Origin: an uncultured Atribacterota bacterium
GTDB taxonomy: Bacteria > Atribacterota > Phoenicimicrobiia > Phoenicimicrobiales > Phoenicimicrobiaceae
Assembly: GCA_964438695.1 (NCBI GenBank)
Contig: CAYTKP010000003.1
Span: 1-54,172, forward strand
Length of the DNA: 54,172 nt
Direction of reading: 5' to 3'
Position 1 is the stretch's first letter; each line of letters opens with the position of its first letter. Of the stretch, positions 18,171 through 29,191 are shown piece by piece. The notes under the pieces are model-generated. The model made no database searches, had not been told where the DNA came from, and saw nothing but the letters and a program-made list of their open reading frames with translations. The translations under genes were made by a program, and so were the position numbers.

Positions 18171-19594
18171 TTGAAGTTATTTCGGGTAGGTTAATTCAGG
18201 GTAACCAAAATACCATAATAAATAGTATTTCTATTGATAGCAGAACTTTGGTTTATGGTGATCTATTTTTTGCCCTAATTGGTCCCCATTTTGACGGGCA
18301 TAATTTTGTAATAGAAGCTTTTGATAAAGGTGCGGTTGGGGCAGTAATTTGTAAAAGTATTGATAGTTTATTCTATAACAAGAAAATAGATAAAAACAAA
18401 ATTATAATAGAAGTAAAGGATACACTATTGGCCTTGCAAAATTGGTCAAAATACTATAAAAATAAATTTAAAACTTTTAATATCTGTATAACCGGGAGCA
18501 ATGGAAAGACTACTACTAAAGAAATCATTGCTCATATATTATCTCAAAAATTTTCTCTTTTGAAAACATCCGGGAATTACAATAATGAAATTGGAATCCC
18601 TCTTACCTTGTTGCAACTTAGTAGATTATATAGAATATTAGTAGTGGAGATGGGAATGAGAGGATTGGGTGAAATAAAGAGACTTACTGATTTTGTTCCC
18701 CCCGATTTAGCGGTAATTACTAATATAGGAGAGGCCCATATAGGTTTATTAGGTTCCAAAGAAAATATTTTTAAAGCCAAAACTGAATTGTTACAATCAT
18801 TAGACCGGGGGGGGATAGCAGTTTTAAATAGTGATGATCCCTATTTTCCGAAGATGGCAGAAATAGTAAAAGACAAAAAGATAATTACCTTTGGCATTGA
18901 GAATAAAAGTGATATTATGGCTGATAATATCACTTTGGTGAATGACCGCGGAATGAGATTCACACTCAAAATAAAAAATACTGAATCTGCGGAGATATTC
19001 TTCCCTTTATTAGGTAGATACAATATTTATAATGCGCTTGCTGCCTCTGCAACTGCTTTTGCTTTGGAAATTGACTTAGATTTGATGAAAAGAGGATTAT
19101 CTAATTTTAAACCTTTAGCTATGCATATGCAATTAAATAGTTTTTATAAGGATATTAAAGTATTAAATGATTCTTATAATGCTAGTCCTCTGTCAGTTAA
19201 AAAGGCCTTAGAAACTTTGGTAGAAGTTGCTAAAAATTGCAGAAAAATAGCCATTTTGGGGGATATGCTTGAATTAGGTGAGAAAACAAACTTTTATCAC
19301 CAGGAAATTGGCAAAAAAATAGCAAAATTATCCTTTGATTTATTGATAACTGTTGGTGAAAGAGGTAAGATAATTGCTCAATCTTGTGAAGATGAAGGGA
19401 TGGCAAAAGAACAGATTTTTTCATTTGAGAGGAATGAGAAGAGATCTTTGGCTAAAAAATTATTGAGGTTAGTTAAACCGGGAGATTTTGTTTTGTTAAA
19501 AGGTTCACGAGATATGCAAATGGAAGATATTTTACAATTTTGGCAAGAAGAGTACATAAAGAGTGCACAAACTCAGGGAGGATATAATGATTAA
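18143..19594 (+). CDS. murF: UDP-MurNAc-tripeptide:D-Ala-D-Ala ligase
   Basis: ITGSNGKTTTKE P-loop, NYNNEIG and DSYNASP. TTG start overlaps the murE end by 28 nt. Confidence 0.9.
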   Translation: MEGHKVRELIEVISGRLIQGNQNTIINSISIDSRTLVYGDLFFALIGPHFDGHNFVIEAFDKGAVGAVICKSIDSLFYNKKIDKNKIIIEVKDTLLALQNWSKYYKNKFKTFNICITGSNGKTTTKEIIAHILSQKFSLLKTSGNYNNEIGIPLTLLQLSRLYRILVVEMGMRGLGEIKRLTDFVPPDLAVITNIGEAHIGLLGSKENIFKAKTELLQSLDRGGIAVLNSDDPYFPKMAEIVKDKKIITFGIENKSDIMADNITLVNDRGMRFTLKIKNTESAEIFFPLLGRYNIYNALAASATAFALEIDLDLMKRGLSNFKPLAMHMQLNSFYKDIKVLNDSYNASPLSVKKALETLVEVAKNCRKIAILGDMLELGEKTNFYHQEIGKKIAKLSFDLLITVGERGKIIAQSCEDEGMAKEQIFSFERNEKRSLAKKLLRLVKPGDFVLLKGSRDMQMEDILQFWQEEYIKSAQTQGGYND

Positions 19595-20537
19595 CTGGGT
19601 ATTAATAGCTTTGGCTTCTTTTTTGCTCCCCCTGGTTTTTTCACCATTTTTTATAAAATATTTAAAGAAATATAATATTGGGCAGAGGATTCGTCAGGAA
19701 GGACCAGATCTTCATCAGCATAAGATGGGCACACCTACTATGGGGGGAATAGTTATTATCCTTACTTTAATATTGGTTATTATATTTTTTGTTCCCCTTA
19801 ATAATTATATTTTTTGCTCATTAATTATTACTATTAGTTTTGGGTGTATTGGCCTAATAGATGATTTGATAAAGTTTTTTAAGAAAAGGTCTTTAGGGCT
19901 TTATACCTGGCAAAAATTATTTTTTCAACTTGTCTTTGCTCTTATAGTGATGTATTACATTCAAAAAGCCACTGGCCTGGGTACAGACATTTATCTTCCT
20001 TTTTTAGATGGCAGTTTCGATTTAGGTAAATTCTTTACCCCTTTTGCCATTTTAGTATTGATTAGCTCGGTTAATGCAGTAAATTTAACTGATGGCTTAG
20101 ATGGATTGGCTACGGGATTAATGTTTATTGCTATGATCAGTTTTGCTCTAATTGCTTATACTGAAAATATTTGGTCTATGAGTTTATTTGCTTTAATAAT
20201 TGCTTTTTCATCTCTTGGTTTTTTAATCTATAATTTTTTCCCAGCTCAGGTATTTTTAGGAGATGTAGGGTCTTTTGCTTTAGGAGGGGCGCTTGCCTCA
20301 GTGGCTATATTTACCAAAACAGAATTATTTCTACTATTAATTGGCGGAGTGTTTGTCATTGAGACTCTATCAGTGATTTTTCAGGTAATTTCGGTAAAAT
20401 TGAGAAAAAAATTGTTATTTAAAATGAGTCCGATTCACCATCATTTCGAAATTTGTGGATGGAGAGAACCGAAAATAATTATCAGATTCTGGATTACGGG
20501 AGTAATATTGGCTTTTATTGGGATAGCTAGCTTGTAA
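19587..20537 (+). CDS. mraY: phospho-MurNAc-pentapeptide translocase
   Basis: NAVNLTDGLDGLA, PTMGG and HHHFE motifs. ATG 19587 is preceded by GGGAGG; the ORF-track start at 19563 lies inside murF. Confidence 0.93.
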   Translation: MINWVLIALASFLLPLVFSPFFIKYLKKYNIGQRIRQEGPDLHQHKMGTPTMGGIVIILTLILVIIFFVPLNNYIFCSLIITISFGCIGLIDDLIKFFKKRSLGLYTWQKLFFQLVFALIVMYYIQKATGLGTDIYLPFLDGSFDLGKFFTPFAILVLISSVNAVNLTDGLDGLATGLMFIAMISFALIAYTENIWSMSLFALIIAFSSLGFLIYNFFPAQVFLGDVGSFALGGALASVAIFTKTELFLLLIGGVFVIETLSVIFQVISVKLRKKLLFKMSPIHHHFEICGWREPKIIIRFWITGVILAFIGIASL

Positions 20538-20587
20538 TGGATCATTAGCTAGAGTGAATTGATCAAGACTAACCAGCCAACTATTAT

Positions 20588-21727
20588 ATGATAGGAGTTA
20601 TGCTTAAAATGACAATAGAAAAAAAATATCCTGATTTATTGCTTTTTATAGTAGTGATTATTCTATTGTCTATTGGTATATGTGTGGTTTTTAGCTCAAG
20701 TTATGTTATGGCCTATAAATGGTACGGAGATAGCTATTTCTTTTTAAAAAAACAATTGCTTTATGCTATAATAAGTTTGATAATTTTCTTTTTGGCTACC
20801 TCTATTGATTATCATTATTATAAAAAACTTGTTCTGCCCCTTTTAATTCTATCTATTATTCTACTTACTATGGTATTTGTTTCCGGTGTTGGAAAGTCAG
20901 CTGGCGGGGCAAGAAGGTGGATTAAGATAGGCTTTTTTTCTTTTCAGCCTTCTGAAATTGCTAAATTTGCCTTAATTTTATATATAGCAGAATCATTAAC
21001 CAGGAAACATTCTAAAGAAATAAAAACTTTTATAAAAGGGATATTACCATCTCTTATTATTGTAATGGTGATATTCTTGTTAATTTTGAAAGAACCTGAT
21101 TTTAGCACATCTTTAATTATTCTAGGGATTTCTTTTATTATGTTATTTATTGGTGGGACTAGAATAATTCAACTTTTTACTTTGGGAATAGCAGCTATTC
21201 CTATAGGAATTTTAATTTTGTTAAAAGAAAATTATAGAAAAGTAAGATTATTTTCTTTTATAGACCCCTGGAGAGATCCTTTAGACAGTGGATTTCATAT
21301 TATTCAATCTTTAATAGCTTTAGGCAGTGGGGGAATTTCCGGTATCGGATTAGGGGAAAGTAGACAAAAATTTTTTTATCTTCCTGATCAACATACCGAT
21401 TTTATTTTTTCTATAATCGGTGAAGAATTGGGATTTATTGGGACTTTGGTAATAATTACTCTGTTTATTTTAATATTATGGCGGGGATTTAAAATAGCTA
21501 TTAATTCTGTAGATCAGTTCGGAGCTCTATTGGCTGCAGGTATTACAGCAATGATAACTTTTCAGAGTATTGTTAACATTGGAGTAGTTACTAAAATGAT
21601 TCCTACTACCGGTCTTACTTTACCTTTTGTCAGTTTTGGTGGCTCATCTTTAATTGTAAATATGTTTTGTGCAGGGGTCTTGTTAAATATTTCTAAGTAT
21701 CAGAATTCCAAAAATTTGATACTTTGA
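20588..21727 (+). CDS. ftsW: SEDS-family peptidoglycan glycosyltransferase FtsW
   Basis: 10-TM SEDS pattern (SEIAKF, PDFST, TDFIFS, LPFVSFGGSS) in the dcw position. The exact ATG among 20588/20600/20609 is uncertain. Confidence 0.85.
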   Translation: MIGVMLKMTIEKKYPDLLLFIVVIILLSIGICVVFSSSYVMAYKWYGDSYFFLKKQLLYAIISLIIFFLATSIDYHYYKKLVLPLLILSIILLTMVFVSGVGKSAGGARRWIKIGFFSFQPSEIAKFALILYIAESLTRKHSKEIKTFIKGILPSLIIVMVIFLLILKEPDFSTSLIILGISFIMLFIGGTRIIQLFTLGIAAIPIGILILLKENYRKVRLFSFIDPWRDPLDSGFHIIQSLIALGSGGISGIGLGESRQKFFYLPDQHTDFIFSIIGEELGFIGTLVIITLFILILWRGFKIAINSVDQFGALLAAGITAMITFQSIVNIGVVTKMIPTTGLTLPFVSFGGSSLIVNMFCAGVLLNISKYQNSKNLIL

Positions 21728-21756
21728 AATGAATTCTTTTTTTAAAAAAAGATAAT

Positions 21757-21794
21757 AGAGGAGTTTCAGGGAAGTTTATTTCTGTAAAAATCTT
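21757..21794 (+). repeat. dcw spacer hairpin motif, copy B (upstream of murG)
   Basis: AGAGGAGTTTCAGGGAAGTTTATTTCTGTAAAAATCTT. 28/38 ungapped identity to copy A; stem changes are compensatory or wobble-compatible. Confidence 0.5.
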
Positions 21795-21832
21795 GTGTTG
21801 TTATAGAATTAAAATAATATGGAGTAAAATAG

Positions 21833-22939
21833 ATGTCATTGAGAGTAATAATATCAGGGGGTGGGACAGGAGGTCATATATATCCAGGCATTTGTTTAGC
21901 TTATGAATTAAAAAATAGAAATAATAAGAATGAAGTACTATTTGTAGGCACTAAAAGAGGATTGGAAGCACAAATTATTCCTCGAGAAGGTTTTAAATTT
22001 ATTAGCATTAATGCAAAGGGTATACCAAGAAGAATATGTTGGGAGAGTTTTACAGCAATTATAGTATTTTTTATTTCATTATTCCAATCATATAAGATTA
22101 TTAGAAATTATAGGCCCGATATAGTTATTGGCACAGGTGGGTATGTAAGCGCTTCAGTTGTACTAATTGCTGCCTTGTTAGGAATCCCAACTTTTATTCA
22201 TGAACAAAATGTGATACCCGGAATTACCAATAGATTCTTATCTTGTATAGTAAAAGCGGTATTTTTAAGTTTTGATCAATCGAAAAAATATTTTAGACAT
22301 AGTTCAAGATTAATTTTTACTGGTAACCCGATTCGCTTTAAAAAAATATCATCCACAAAAAGCAGTGATTATCATAAATTTAAATTGGATCCGCAAAAAA
22401 AAACTATATTGGTATTTGGAGGTAGCAAGGGTGCAGCATCCATAAACAGAGCGGTTATAAAGGGTATTACCTCAATTAAAGATTCTATAAAAGATCAATG
22501 GCAAGTTTTGCTGATAAGTGGGAGTGATGATTACAAGGAAGTTATTGACATAATAGGGGAGGATAATAATATTTTCTCTGTTAAACCTTATCTTTATGAT
22601 ATTGAAAAAGCCTATGTTTTGGCTGATTTAGTAATTTGTCGAGCTGGGGCTACCACCCTGGCTGAGATTAGTGCTTATGGATTGCCTGCAATTTTAATTC
22701 CCTATCCCTTTGCCACTAATAATCATCAAGAATGCAATGCCAGAATTTTAGAAAATGAAAAAGCTGCAATATTAATTTTAGAAGAAAGTTTATCTGGCGA
22801 AAGATTAGCAAAAATATTGTATCAATTAATAAACGATAAAAAGAAATTAGAGATGATGTCTGAAAAGAGTAAAAAATTAGGCAATCTAAATTCTGCTAAA
22901 AAAATCATTGACTTTATCTTTAATTATACCAAAAAGTAG
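21833..22939 (+). CDS. murG: lipid II synthase, UDP-GlcNAc transferase
   Basis: GGGTGGHIYPG N-terminus and GT28 C-terminal RAGATTLAE. Confidence 0.93.
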   Translation: MSLRVIISGGGTGGHIYPGICLAYELKNRNNKNEVLFVGTKRGLEAQIIPREGFKFISINAKGIPRRICWESFTAIIVFFISLFQSYKIIRNYRPDIVIGTGGYVSASVVLIAALLGIPTFIHEQNVIPGITNRFLSCIVKAVFLSFDQSKKYFRHSSRLIFTGNPIRFKKISSTKSSDYHKFKLDPQKKTILVFGGSKGAASINRAVIKGITSIKDSIKDQWQVLLISGSDDYKEVIDIIGEDNNIFSVKPYLYDIEKAYVLADLVICRAGATTLAEISAYGLPAILIPYPFATNNHQECNARILENEKAAILILEESLSGERLAKILYQLINDKKKLEMMSEKSKKLGNLNSAKKIIDFIFNYTKK

Positions 22940-22990
22940 AAAAACAATTGCATAATACATAAAACGAATAAAGATAGGAGTTATTTTTTA

Positions 22991-24370
22991 ATGATTGAGA
23001 AGAAATTACATATACATTTCATAGGTATTGGTGGAATAGGCATGAGTGGTTTAGCTTCCATACTTCTTGATTTAGGTTATAAAATAAGTGGTTCTGATCT
23101 TATAAATTCGAAGATAACTAGGAGATTAGTAGAAAAAGGGGCAACTATTTTTAAGGGCCACAATAGAAGTAACATAGAAGGAGCGGATTTAATAGTAATT
23201 TCAACAGCAATACCTCAATCTAATCCTGAGGTTAAAGGAGCTTTAGAAAAAAATATCAGAGTGATTAGAAGGGCTGAAATGCTGGCAAAAATTGTGGAGG
23301 ATAAGTATTTAATAGCAATTTCGGGAACCCATGGCAAAACTACTACTACTTCAATGATAAGTCTTTTATTGGAAAAAGGTGGATTTGACCCCTTGGTGTT
23401 GGTAGGTGGAGAGGCAGATAATATTCGAGGAAATGCAAAATTGGGATTTGGGAAATATGCAGTCGCTGAAGCTGATGAGAGTGATGGCTCATTTTTAAAA
23501 TTAAATCCATTTTTAGCGGTAGTTACCAATATTGAAGATGATCATTTGGATTATTATGAAAACTTAGAAAACATTTCAAAAGATTTTAAAACATTTATTA
23601 GCAGAGTCCCAGATGATGGTAGGGTAGTATTGTGCAAAGATTGCGAAAATGCAAGGAGATTGATGTCAGATTGTAGAAAAAAATTTATTACTTATGCAAT
23701 ATCTGCTGATGCCGATATTGTTGCGAAAGAAATAAAATTAGATATATTAAGTTCTGAGTCGCAAATATATTGGCAGAATAAAAAAATGGGGAAGCTCAGA
23801 TTAAATGTTCCAGGATATCATAACATATCAAATGCTTTAGCGGCGATTTCCGTGGCAAAAGAATTAGGGATGAAATTTAGTGAAATTGTCGAAATACTAA
23901 AAACATATCAAGCAGTAGAAAGAAGAATGGAAATTATAGCTAACCTAGATAATGGAATATTAGTGCTAGATGACTACGCCCATCATCCCACTGAAATAAA
24001 GGTTACCTTAAAGGCTGTAAGAGAAAGTTGGAAAAATAGAAGGATAATAGTTGTCTTTCAGCCTCACAGGTACACTAGAACTAAAATGTTGGCTAAAAAA
24101 TTTGGTGAGGTATTTTTTAGTGCCGACAACGTAATTATCAATGATATTTATCCTGCAAATGAAATGCCAATTTCAGGTATTAGCGGTGAAACAATATTTA
24201 ATGAAATAAAAAAAACTAACCATGGTCATGTAAAATATATACCGGCCAAAAAGGACACTGTAGATTATCTCAGTAAAATTATAAGAGCAGAGGATATAAT
24301 AATAACTATGGGGGCTGGGGATGTATGGACAATTGGTCAGGAATTAGTTAAACGATTAAAAAGTAAGTAA
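22991..24370 (+). CDS. murC: UDP-MurNAc:L-alanine ligase
   Basis: HFIGIGGIGMSGLA, GTHGKTTTTSM and DDYAHHP. Confidence 0.93.
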   Translation: MIEKKLHIHFIGIGGIGMSGLASILLDLGYKISGSDLINSKITRRLVEKGATIFKGHNRSNIEGADLIVISTAIPQSNPEVKGALEKNIRVIRRAEMLAKIVEDKYLIAISGTHGKTTTTSMISLLLEKGGFDPLVLVGGEADNIRGNAKLGFGKYAVAEADESDGSFLKLNPFLAVVTNIEDDHLDYYENLENISKDFKTFISRVPDDGRVVLCKDCENARRLMSDCRKKFITYAISADADIVAKEIKLDILSSESQIYWQNKKMGKLRLNVPGYHNISNALAAISVAKELGMKFSEIVEILKTYQAVERRMEIIANLDNGILVLDDYAHHPTEIKVTLKAVRESWKNRRIIVVFQPHRYTRTKMLAKKFGEVFFSADNVIINDIYPANEMPISGISGETIFNEIKKTNHGHVKYIPAKKDTVDYLSKIIRAEDIIITMGAGDVWTIGQELVKRLKSK

Positions 24371-24390
24371 AATATTATTATTGATTAACT

Positions 24391-25317
24391 ATGAATATGA
24401 AAGTGAATATAAATACCATAATCAATGAATTTAAAAAAAAGGAAATTGATAAAATAGTTAAAATTAACGAACCATTAAGGAATCATACATCATTAAAAAT
24501 TGGTGGACCTGCGGATATATTCTGTTCTCCTAGCGATCTTGAAGAGTTAATGAAAATAATTTCTATTTCTCAGAAATTTAATATTCCTTTTTGGGTTATC
24601 GGGAATGGAACAAATTTATTAGTTTTGGACAGGGGATTAGGAGGGATAGTAATTAAATTAGGTAAAGGTTTTAAAAAAGTAAAATTTATTAATAAGACTA
24701 TCCAAGCAGGTGCAGGGATAAACTTATTATATTTAAGTAATATGGCTTTAAATAGGGGATTAAGTGGGTTAGAATTTGCCTGTAATATTCCAGGAACTTT
24801 AGGGGGGGCAATTATTAATAATGCCAGTTTTAATGGAAATTGTATAGCAGACATAGTAGAAAGTGTAACTTTCTTAACTAAAGAAAAAAAGATAGAAAGA
24901 CTTCATTCGTGTGATTTAAATTTTAGATATCGAGGATGTGATTTAAAGCATAAACTAATTGTAATTTTGGAGGCAAATTTACTATTAAAAAAGGAAGACA
25001 AAGAAAAAATAGAGGTAGTGATTAAAAAATATACTAGAATTAGAAAAAGTAAACAGCCTGTAGATAAATTAAGTGCAGGTAGTATATTTAAAAATCCTAC
25101 TGGTTATTATGCGGGAGAATTAATAGAAAAAGTAGGAGCAAAAGGATTATCTCAAGGGAAAGCTATGGTATCAGATAAACATGCAAATTTTATAATAAAT
25201 AAGGGGGGGGCTAAAGCCAGAGATGTTCTATATTTAATTGAAGAAATAGAAAAAAGGGTGAAAGGAAATTTTGGAATAGAATTAGAACGGGAAATAGAAA
25301 TTTTGGGAGAACCTTAA
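24391..25317 (+). CDS. murB: UDP-N-acetylenolpyruvoylglucosamine reductase
   Basis: FAD-binding PCMH pattern (LKIGGPAD, GNGTNLL), AGSIFKNP, and the C-terminal MurB domain. Confidence 0.9.
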   Translation: MNMKVNINTIINEFKKKEIDKIVKINEPLRNHTSLKIGGPADIFCSPSDLEELMKIISISQKFNIPFWVIGNGTNLLVLDRGLGGIVIKLGKGFKKVKFINKTIQAGAGINLLYLSNMALNRGLSGLEFACNIPGTLGGAIINNASFNGNCIADIVESVTFLTKEKKIERLHSCDLNFRYRGCDLKHKLIVILEANLLLKKEDKEKIEVVIKKYTRIRKSKQPVDKLSAGSIFKNPTGYYAGELIEKVGAKGLSQGKAMVSDKHANFIINKGGAKARDVLYLIEEIEKRVKGNFGIELEREIEILGEP

Positions 25318-25410
25318 TTTCCTATTTTGTATTTGTGTATTATAGAATATAGCGAATAGGGATTAGCTTAGAGTGTGTAGTTAGCAAAAGGAGTTTTAGT
25401 ATATCTAGCA

Positions 25411-26226
25411 ATGAAAATAATTGACGAAAATGAAGAAGAAATAGAATTAGAGAAGGATGACCAGGAGGAAGAGGAAGAAGAGGACCAAAAGAGTCAATCT
25501 CTGGGAATAAAGATAATTAGAATATTGATCTTTTATTTAATTATAGGTTTTATTGGGTGGAATTTTTTCAATTTTATATTTAATTCAAAATATTGTAATA
25601 TAAAAGATATTGTTATTAAAGGGAATGACCATTTAAGATATGAAGAAATATTGTATAAATCTCAGGTAAAATTAGGTGAAAACATTTTTAGATTAAATTT
25701 AAATAAAACTATAGAATTTTTAAAACAAGAACCCTGGATTAAAGAAATAGAAATAAAAAGGATAATACCTAACAAAATTATAATTTCTGTAGAAGAAAGA
25801 AAACCTTCTGCTGTTATATACATTGATGGAGAATACTTTATTTTAGATAAAGAAGGAATGCTATTATCTAAAATTGAAGACCCAGGAGGATTGAATTTAC
25901 CTCTTATAACCGGGTTAAAAATTGCAAAGGTAGAAATAGGAAGCATTATAATTGATCCTGAATTTAGAATAGCTTTAGAAATTATTAATTCTGCAAATAT
26001 GATATTACCAAATAAATTCTATAAGATAAAAATATTGGCCTTAGATGATTTTTTAATTTTAGGAGTAGTAGACAATTTAGTAGTTAGAGTGAGTAAAGCA
26101 GAGGAAATTATTAATAAGGGGACATTGTTGAAAGAGGCTTTCGAGAAAATCATTAAAGAAAATTTATTGGTAGATCATATAGATATGCGTTTTAAAGATA
26201 GCGTTATAATAAAAGTAAAAGAATAA
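25411..26226 (+). CDS. ftsQ: cell division protein FtsQ/DivIB (acidic N-terminus, TM, POTRA)
   Basis: E/D-rich tail, one TM segment, and a POTRA-like IKDIVIKGNDHLRYEEIL. Sits between murB and ftsA. Confidence 0.75.
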   Translation: MKIIDENEEEIELEKDDQEEEEEEDQKSQSLGIKIIRILIFYLIIGFIGWNFFNFIFNSKYCNIKDIVIKGNDHLRYEEILYKSQVKLGENIFRLNLNKTIEFLKQEPWIKEIEIKRIIPNKIIISVEERKPSAVIYIDGEYFILDKEGMLLSKIEDPGGLNLPLITGLKIAKVEIGSIIIDPEFRIALEIINSANMILPNKFYKIKILALDDFLILGVVDNLVVRVSKAEEIINKGTLLKEAFEKIIKENLLVDHIDMRFKDSVIIKVKE

Positions 26227-26302
26227 TTATTATCGAATTCGAATAAAAATTAATCAATTTATTTACTTTGATTAATTTGTGGTATATGATATTTAATAGT
26301 AT

Positions 26303-26334
26303 AGGAATTTCGGGGTGATACTCCCCTGATAATC
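26303..26334 (+). repeat. dcw spacer hairpin motif, copy E (upstream of ftsA)
   Basis: AGGAATTTCGGGGTGATACTCCCCTGATAATC. Same TTTC-GGGG...CCCC-T.A.TAATC layout as copy A. Confidence 0.4.
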
Positions 26335-26359
26335 CGGAAGTACGCGGGAGGTTATTAAT

Positions 26360-27598
26360 ATGGGCAAAGAGGAAATGTTGGTTGGCTTAGATATTGGCAC
26401 AAAGAAAGTTTGTACTATTATTGGCGAATTAGGTGAAGATGACCAAATTGAAATAATAGGAATGGGTGCAGCCCCCTCATTAGGAGTAAAAAAAGGAGTA
26501 ATTATAGATTTAGATGAAGCTATTCAGTCAGTAAAACAATCTATTGAAAGTTCAGAACGTATGGCAGGTGCACGAATAAATTCTGCTTTTGTTTCTATTT
26601 CGGGAAGCCATATAAGTTCAGTAAACAGTAAGGGAGTTATTGCGATTTCTGGGGAAGTTCCAGAAGTTACCGAGAAAGATATTGAGAAAGTTATTGAAGC
26701 CGCCAAAGCAGGGATTATTTCTCCCGATAAGGAATTAATTCATACTCTAAGTCGTGAATTTGTGGTAGATGGACAAAGCGGAATAACTGATCCTCTGGGA
26801 ATGACAGGTGCAAGATTGGAATGCAAGGTGCACATTATAACCGGTTCAAATACGGCAGTACAAAATTTAATTAAATGCATAGAAGGAGCAGGGATATTTA
26901 TCGATGAAATTATATTTGGGGCTCTGGCTTCCAGTAATGCGGTTTTGAGTGATGCGGAAAAAGAATTGGGGGCTGTATTAGTTGATATAGGTGCTGGCAC
27001 GACTGAAATAGCAATTTTTATTGAAGAAGCACTTGTCCACTCAGCAGTATTACCTGTAGGCGGTAATCATATTACAAATGACCTAGCTATTGGTTTAAGA
27101 ACTACTTTAGAAGAAGCAGAAAAGATTAAAATTAAATATGGAAGAGTGATTGAGAATAGTGTTTCTCCTGAAGAAGGGGTTGAAGTTTCCAGTCTTGATG
27201 GTAAGAATAAATATCCTGTTTCCCGGAAATATTTAGTAGAGATTATCGAACCTCGAGTAAGCGAAATATTTAGTTTGATTAAAAATGAAGTTAGAAGATC
27301 TGGTTATTATGATATGCTTTCTACAGGTGTTACTATTACTGGTGGAACTTCTTTATTGCCAGGTATTGTGGAAATTTCAGAAAAGATTCTCAATCTCCCT
27401 TCTCGAATAGGGAAACCCCATTACGAAGGGGAATTAGCTGATATGGTGAATGATCCTGAGTACTCTGCTGCTTTAGGATTATTGGGTTATGGGACTAAAA
27501 AATATTCTCTTGGAGGATCATATAATTTATCTTCAAAAAAACCGGGAGTCAAAAATGCTTTTGGAAAAATGGTTAGCTGGTTAAAAGATTTTTTCTAA
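26360..27598 (+). CDS. ftsA: cell division protein FtsA
   Basis: Actin-fold motifs LDIGTKKV and VDIGAGTTE, plus a C-terminal amphipathic helix MVSWLKDFF. Confidence 0.93.
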   Translation: MGKEEMLVGLDIGTKKVCTIIGELGEDDQIEIIGMGAAPSLGVKKGVIIDLDEAIQSVKQSIESSERMAGARINSAFVSISGSHISSVNSKGVIAISGEVPEVTEKDIEKVIEAAKAGIISPDKELIHTLSREFVVDGQSGITDPLGMTGARLECKVHIITGSNTAVQNLIKCIEGAGIFIDEIIFGALASSNAVLSDAEKELGAVLVDIGAGTTEIAIFIEEALVHSAVLPVGGNHITNDLAIGLRTTLEEAEKIKIKYGRVIENSVSPEEGVEVSSLDGKNKYPVSRKYLVEIIEPRVSEIFSLIKNEVRRSGYYDMLSTGVTITGGTSLLPGIVEISEKILNLPSRIGKPHYEGELADMVNDPEYSAALGLLGYGTKKYSLGGSYNLSSKKPGVKNAFGKMVSWLKDFF

Positions 27599-27801
27599 TT
27601 ATTTTAGTATTTTAGAGTATCAGAATTTCAAAAAGTAGATTTTCTAAAATAATTTTTTACCCGTTTTCACAGCACAAGTATTAATAAAGAATTATATTAT
27701 ATTAAATGAAACATAAAAATTACAAAAGATATAGAAGAGCTTTATTAGGAGGGGCAATTTACTCTCCTAACAATTTTGCTATTTTTTAAGGAGGGTATAA
27801 A

Positions 27802-28860
27802 TTGTTTAATATTACGAATAAAGTAGGACAATTAGTTGAAATAAAAGTTATTGGTATAGGCGGGGGTGGTGGTAACGCGGTTAACCGGATGATTGAGGCA
27901 AAATTACAGGGAGTAAAATATATTTCTGCTAATACTGATGCCCAAGTATTGGCTTTTTCTAATGCAGAACATAAGATACAAATTGGCAGTGGCATAACTA
28001 AGGGATTAGGCAGTGGATCGAACCCTGACATCGGTCGTAGGGCTGTAGAAGAGGATAAGGATAAGATTTCTAAAGCTTTGGAAGGAGCAGATATGGTATT
28101 TATTACTGCGGGTATGGGGGGAGGAACAGGAACAGGAGGAGCACCATTGGTAGCTCAAATAGCTAAGGATTTAGGGGCATTAACAGTGGGAGTAGTAACC
28201 AAACCTTTTTCCTTTGAAGGCCACAGAAGAATGAGACAAGCGGAGGAAGGAATTAAATTATTAAAAGAGAAAGTTGATACTTTAATTGTGATTCCCAATG
28301 ATAGGTTGCTTCAAGTAGTTGATGAAAATACTCCATTATTAGAAGCTTTTAAAGTTTCTGATGAAGTTTTATTACATGGGGTTCAAGGGATTACAGATAT
28401 TGTAGTTGAACCAGGTTTAATAAATGTAGATTTTGCTGATGTGAAAATGATTATAGAGAATGCTGGTTCAGCGATAATGGGCGTAGGACGAGCTGGTGGT
28501 GAAAACCGAGCAATTAAAGCAGCGGAAAGAGCTATAAACAGTCCAATTTTAGAAACAAATATCGAAGGAGCTAAAGGAATTTTATTTAATATAAGCGGAA
28601 GCCCAAATTTAACTTTACATGAAGTTAATAAAGCTGCAGAAATAATTGCCAAAGCAGCTAATCCCGAGGCAAATATAATTTTTGGGGCGGTAATAAATTC
28701 AGAACTGAATGATGAGATTAAGATTACAGTGATTGCTGCTGGATTTGAAACATTTGAGAAGAAAAGAGAAATTCACGAATTGGAGGAAGTTGACATAAGT
28801 GAGAAAAAGATAAGTTATGATGATTTAGAAATTCCTACATTTTTAAGAGAGAAAAAGTAA
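27802..28860 (+). CDS. ftsZ: cell division GTPase FtsZ
   Basis: [13 protein letters not shown] and the tubulin signature [13 protein letters not shown]-terminal [10 protein letters not shown] peptide. TTG start 6 nt after AAGGAGGG. Confidence 0.97.
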   Translation: MFNITNKVGQLVEIKVIGIGGGGGNAVNRMIEAKLQGVKYISANTDAQVLAFSNAEHKIQIGSGITKGLGSGSNPDIGRRAVEEDKDKISKALEGADMVFITAGMGGGTGTGGAPLVAQIAKDLGALTVGVVTKPFSFEGHRRMRQAEEGIKLLKEKVDTLIVIPNDRLLQVVDENTPLLEAFKVSDEVLLHGVQGITDIVVEPGLINVDFADVKMIIENAGSAIMGVGRAGGENRAIKAAERAINSPILETNIEGAKGILFNISGSPNLTLHEVNKAAEIIAKAANPEANIIFGAVINSELNDEIKITVIAAGFETFEKKREIHELEEVDISEKKISYDDLEIPTFLREKK

Positions 28861-28922
28861 ATTAAAAGCTTAAAACGAAAAATTAAAAATCATAATCTAA
28901 AATTCAAAATTAGAGAAGAAGC

Positions 28923-28955
28923 TTTTGGTCCTCATTTTAATGAGGACAAAATTTT
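28923..28955 (+). terminator. hairpin after ftsZ
   Basis: 8-bp stem GTCCTCAT/ATGAGGAC with a 4-nt loop and flanking T/A runs. The T-tract is not immediately adjacent. Confidence 0.45.
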
Positions 28956-29191
28956 AAATTATAGTTGTGTCTTTTTCCCTTCTTATTTTCCGCTATCTTC
29001 TATATTGTAAACACTGTACGCTAAAATACAAGAGATGATTTATAAGGTCGGCCCCTATAAAGTATATACTCGGAAAACGGATAACAGGGATAGGGGATAC
29101 GAAATTATTCTAACTTTCTGTTTGCTAATTATGCGTTCTACGCTAAACGTTATCTTTCTCAATTTTCTACATTAGAAGTTTAAAGTTTTTC

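Noticed and set aside
19563-19586. ORF-track N-terminal extensions: mraY 19563, nrdG 32423, livG 41192, DUF167 45594, LDH-like 7035, flavoprotein 8318
   Set aside because: Each extension lies inside the upstream gene or lacks an RBS. Internal ATGs with Shine-Dalgarno sequences or ATGA-type overlaps give N-termini that match the families better. The choices for 7035/7056 and 8318/8342 remain uncertain.
28864-28926. AAAAGCTT ... AAGCTTTT long-range complement after ftsZ, considered as a possible structured sRNA
   Set aside because: It is an 8-bp AT-rich pairing that encloses only A/T-rich sequence. It is indistinguishable from chance in this composition.
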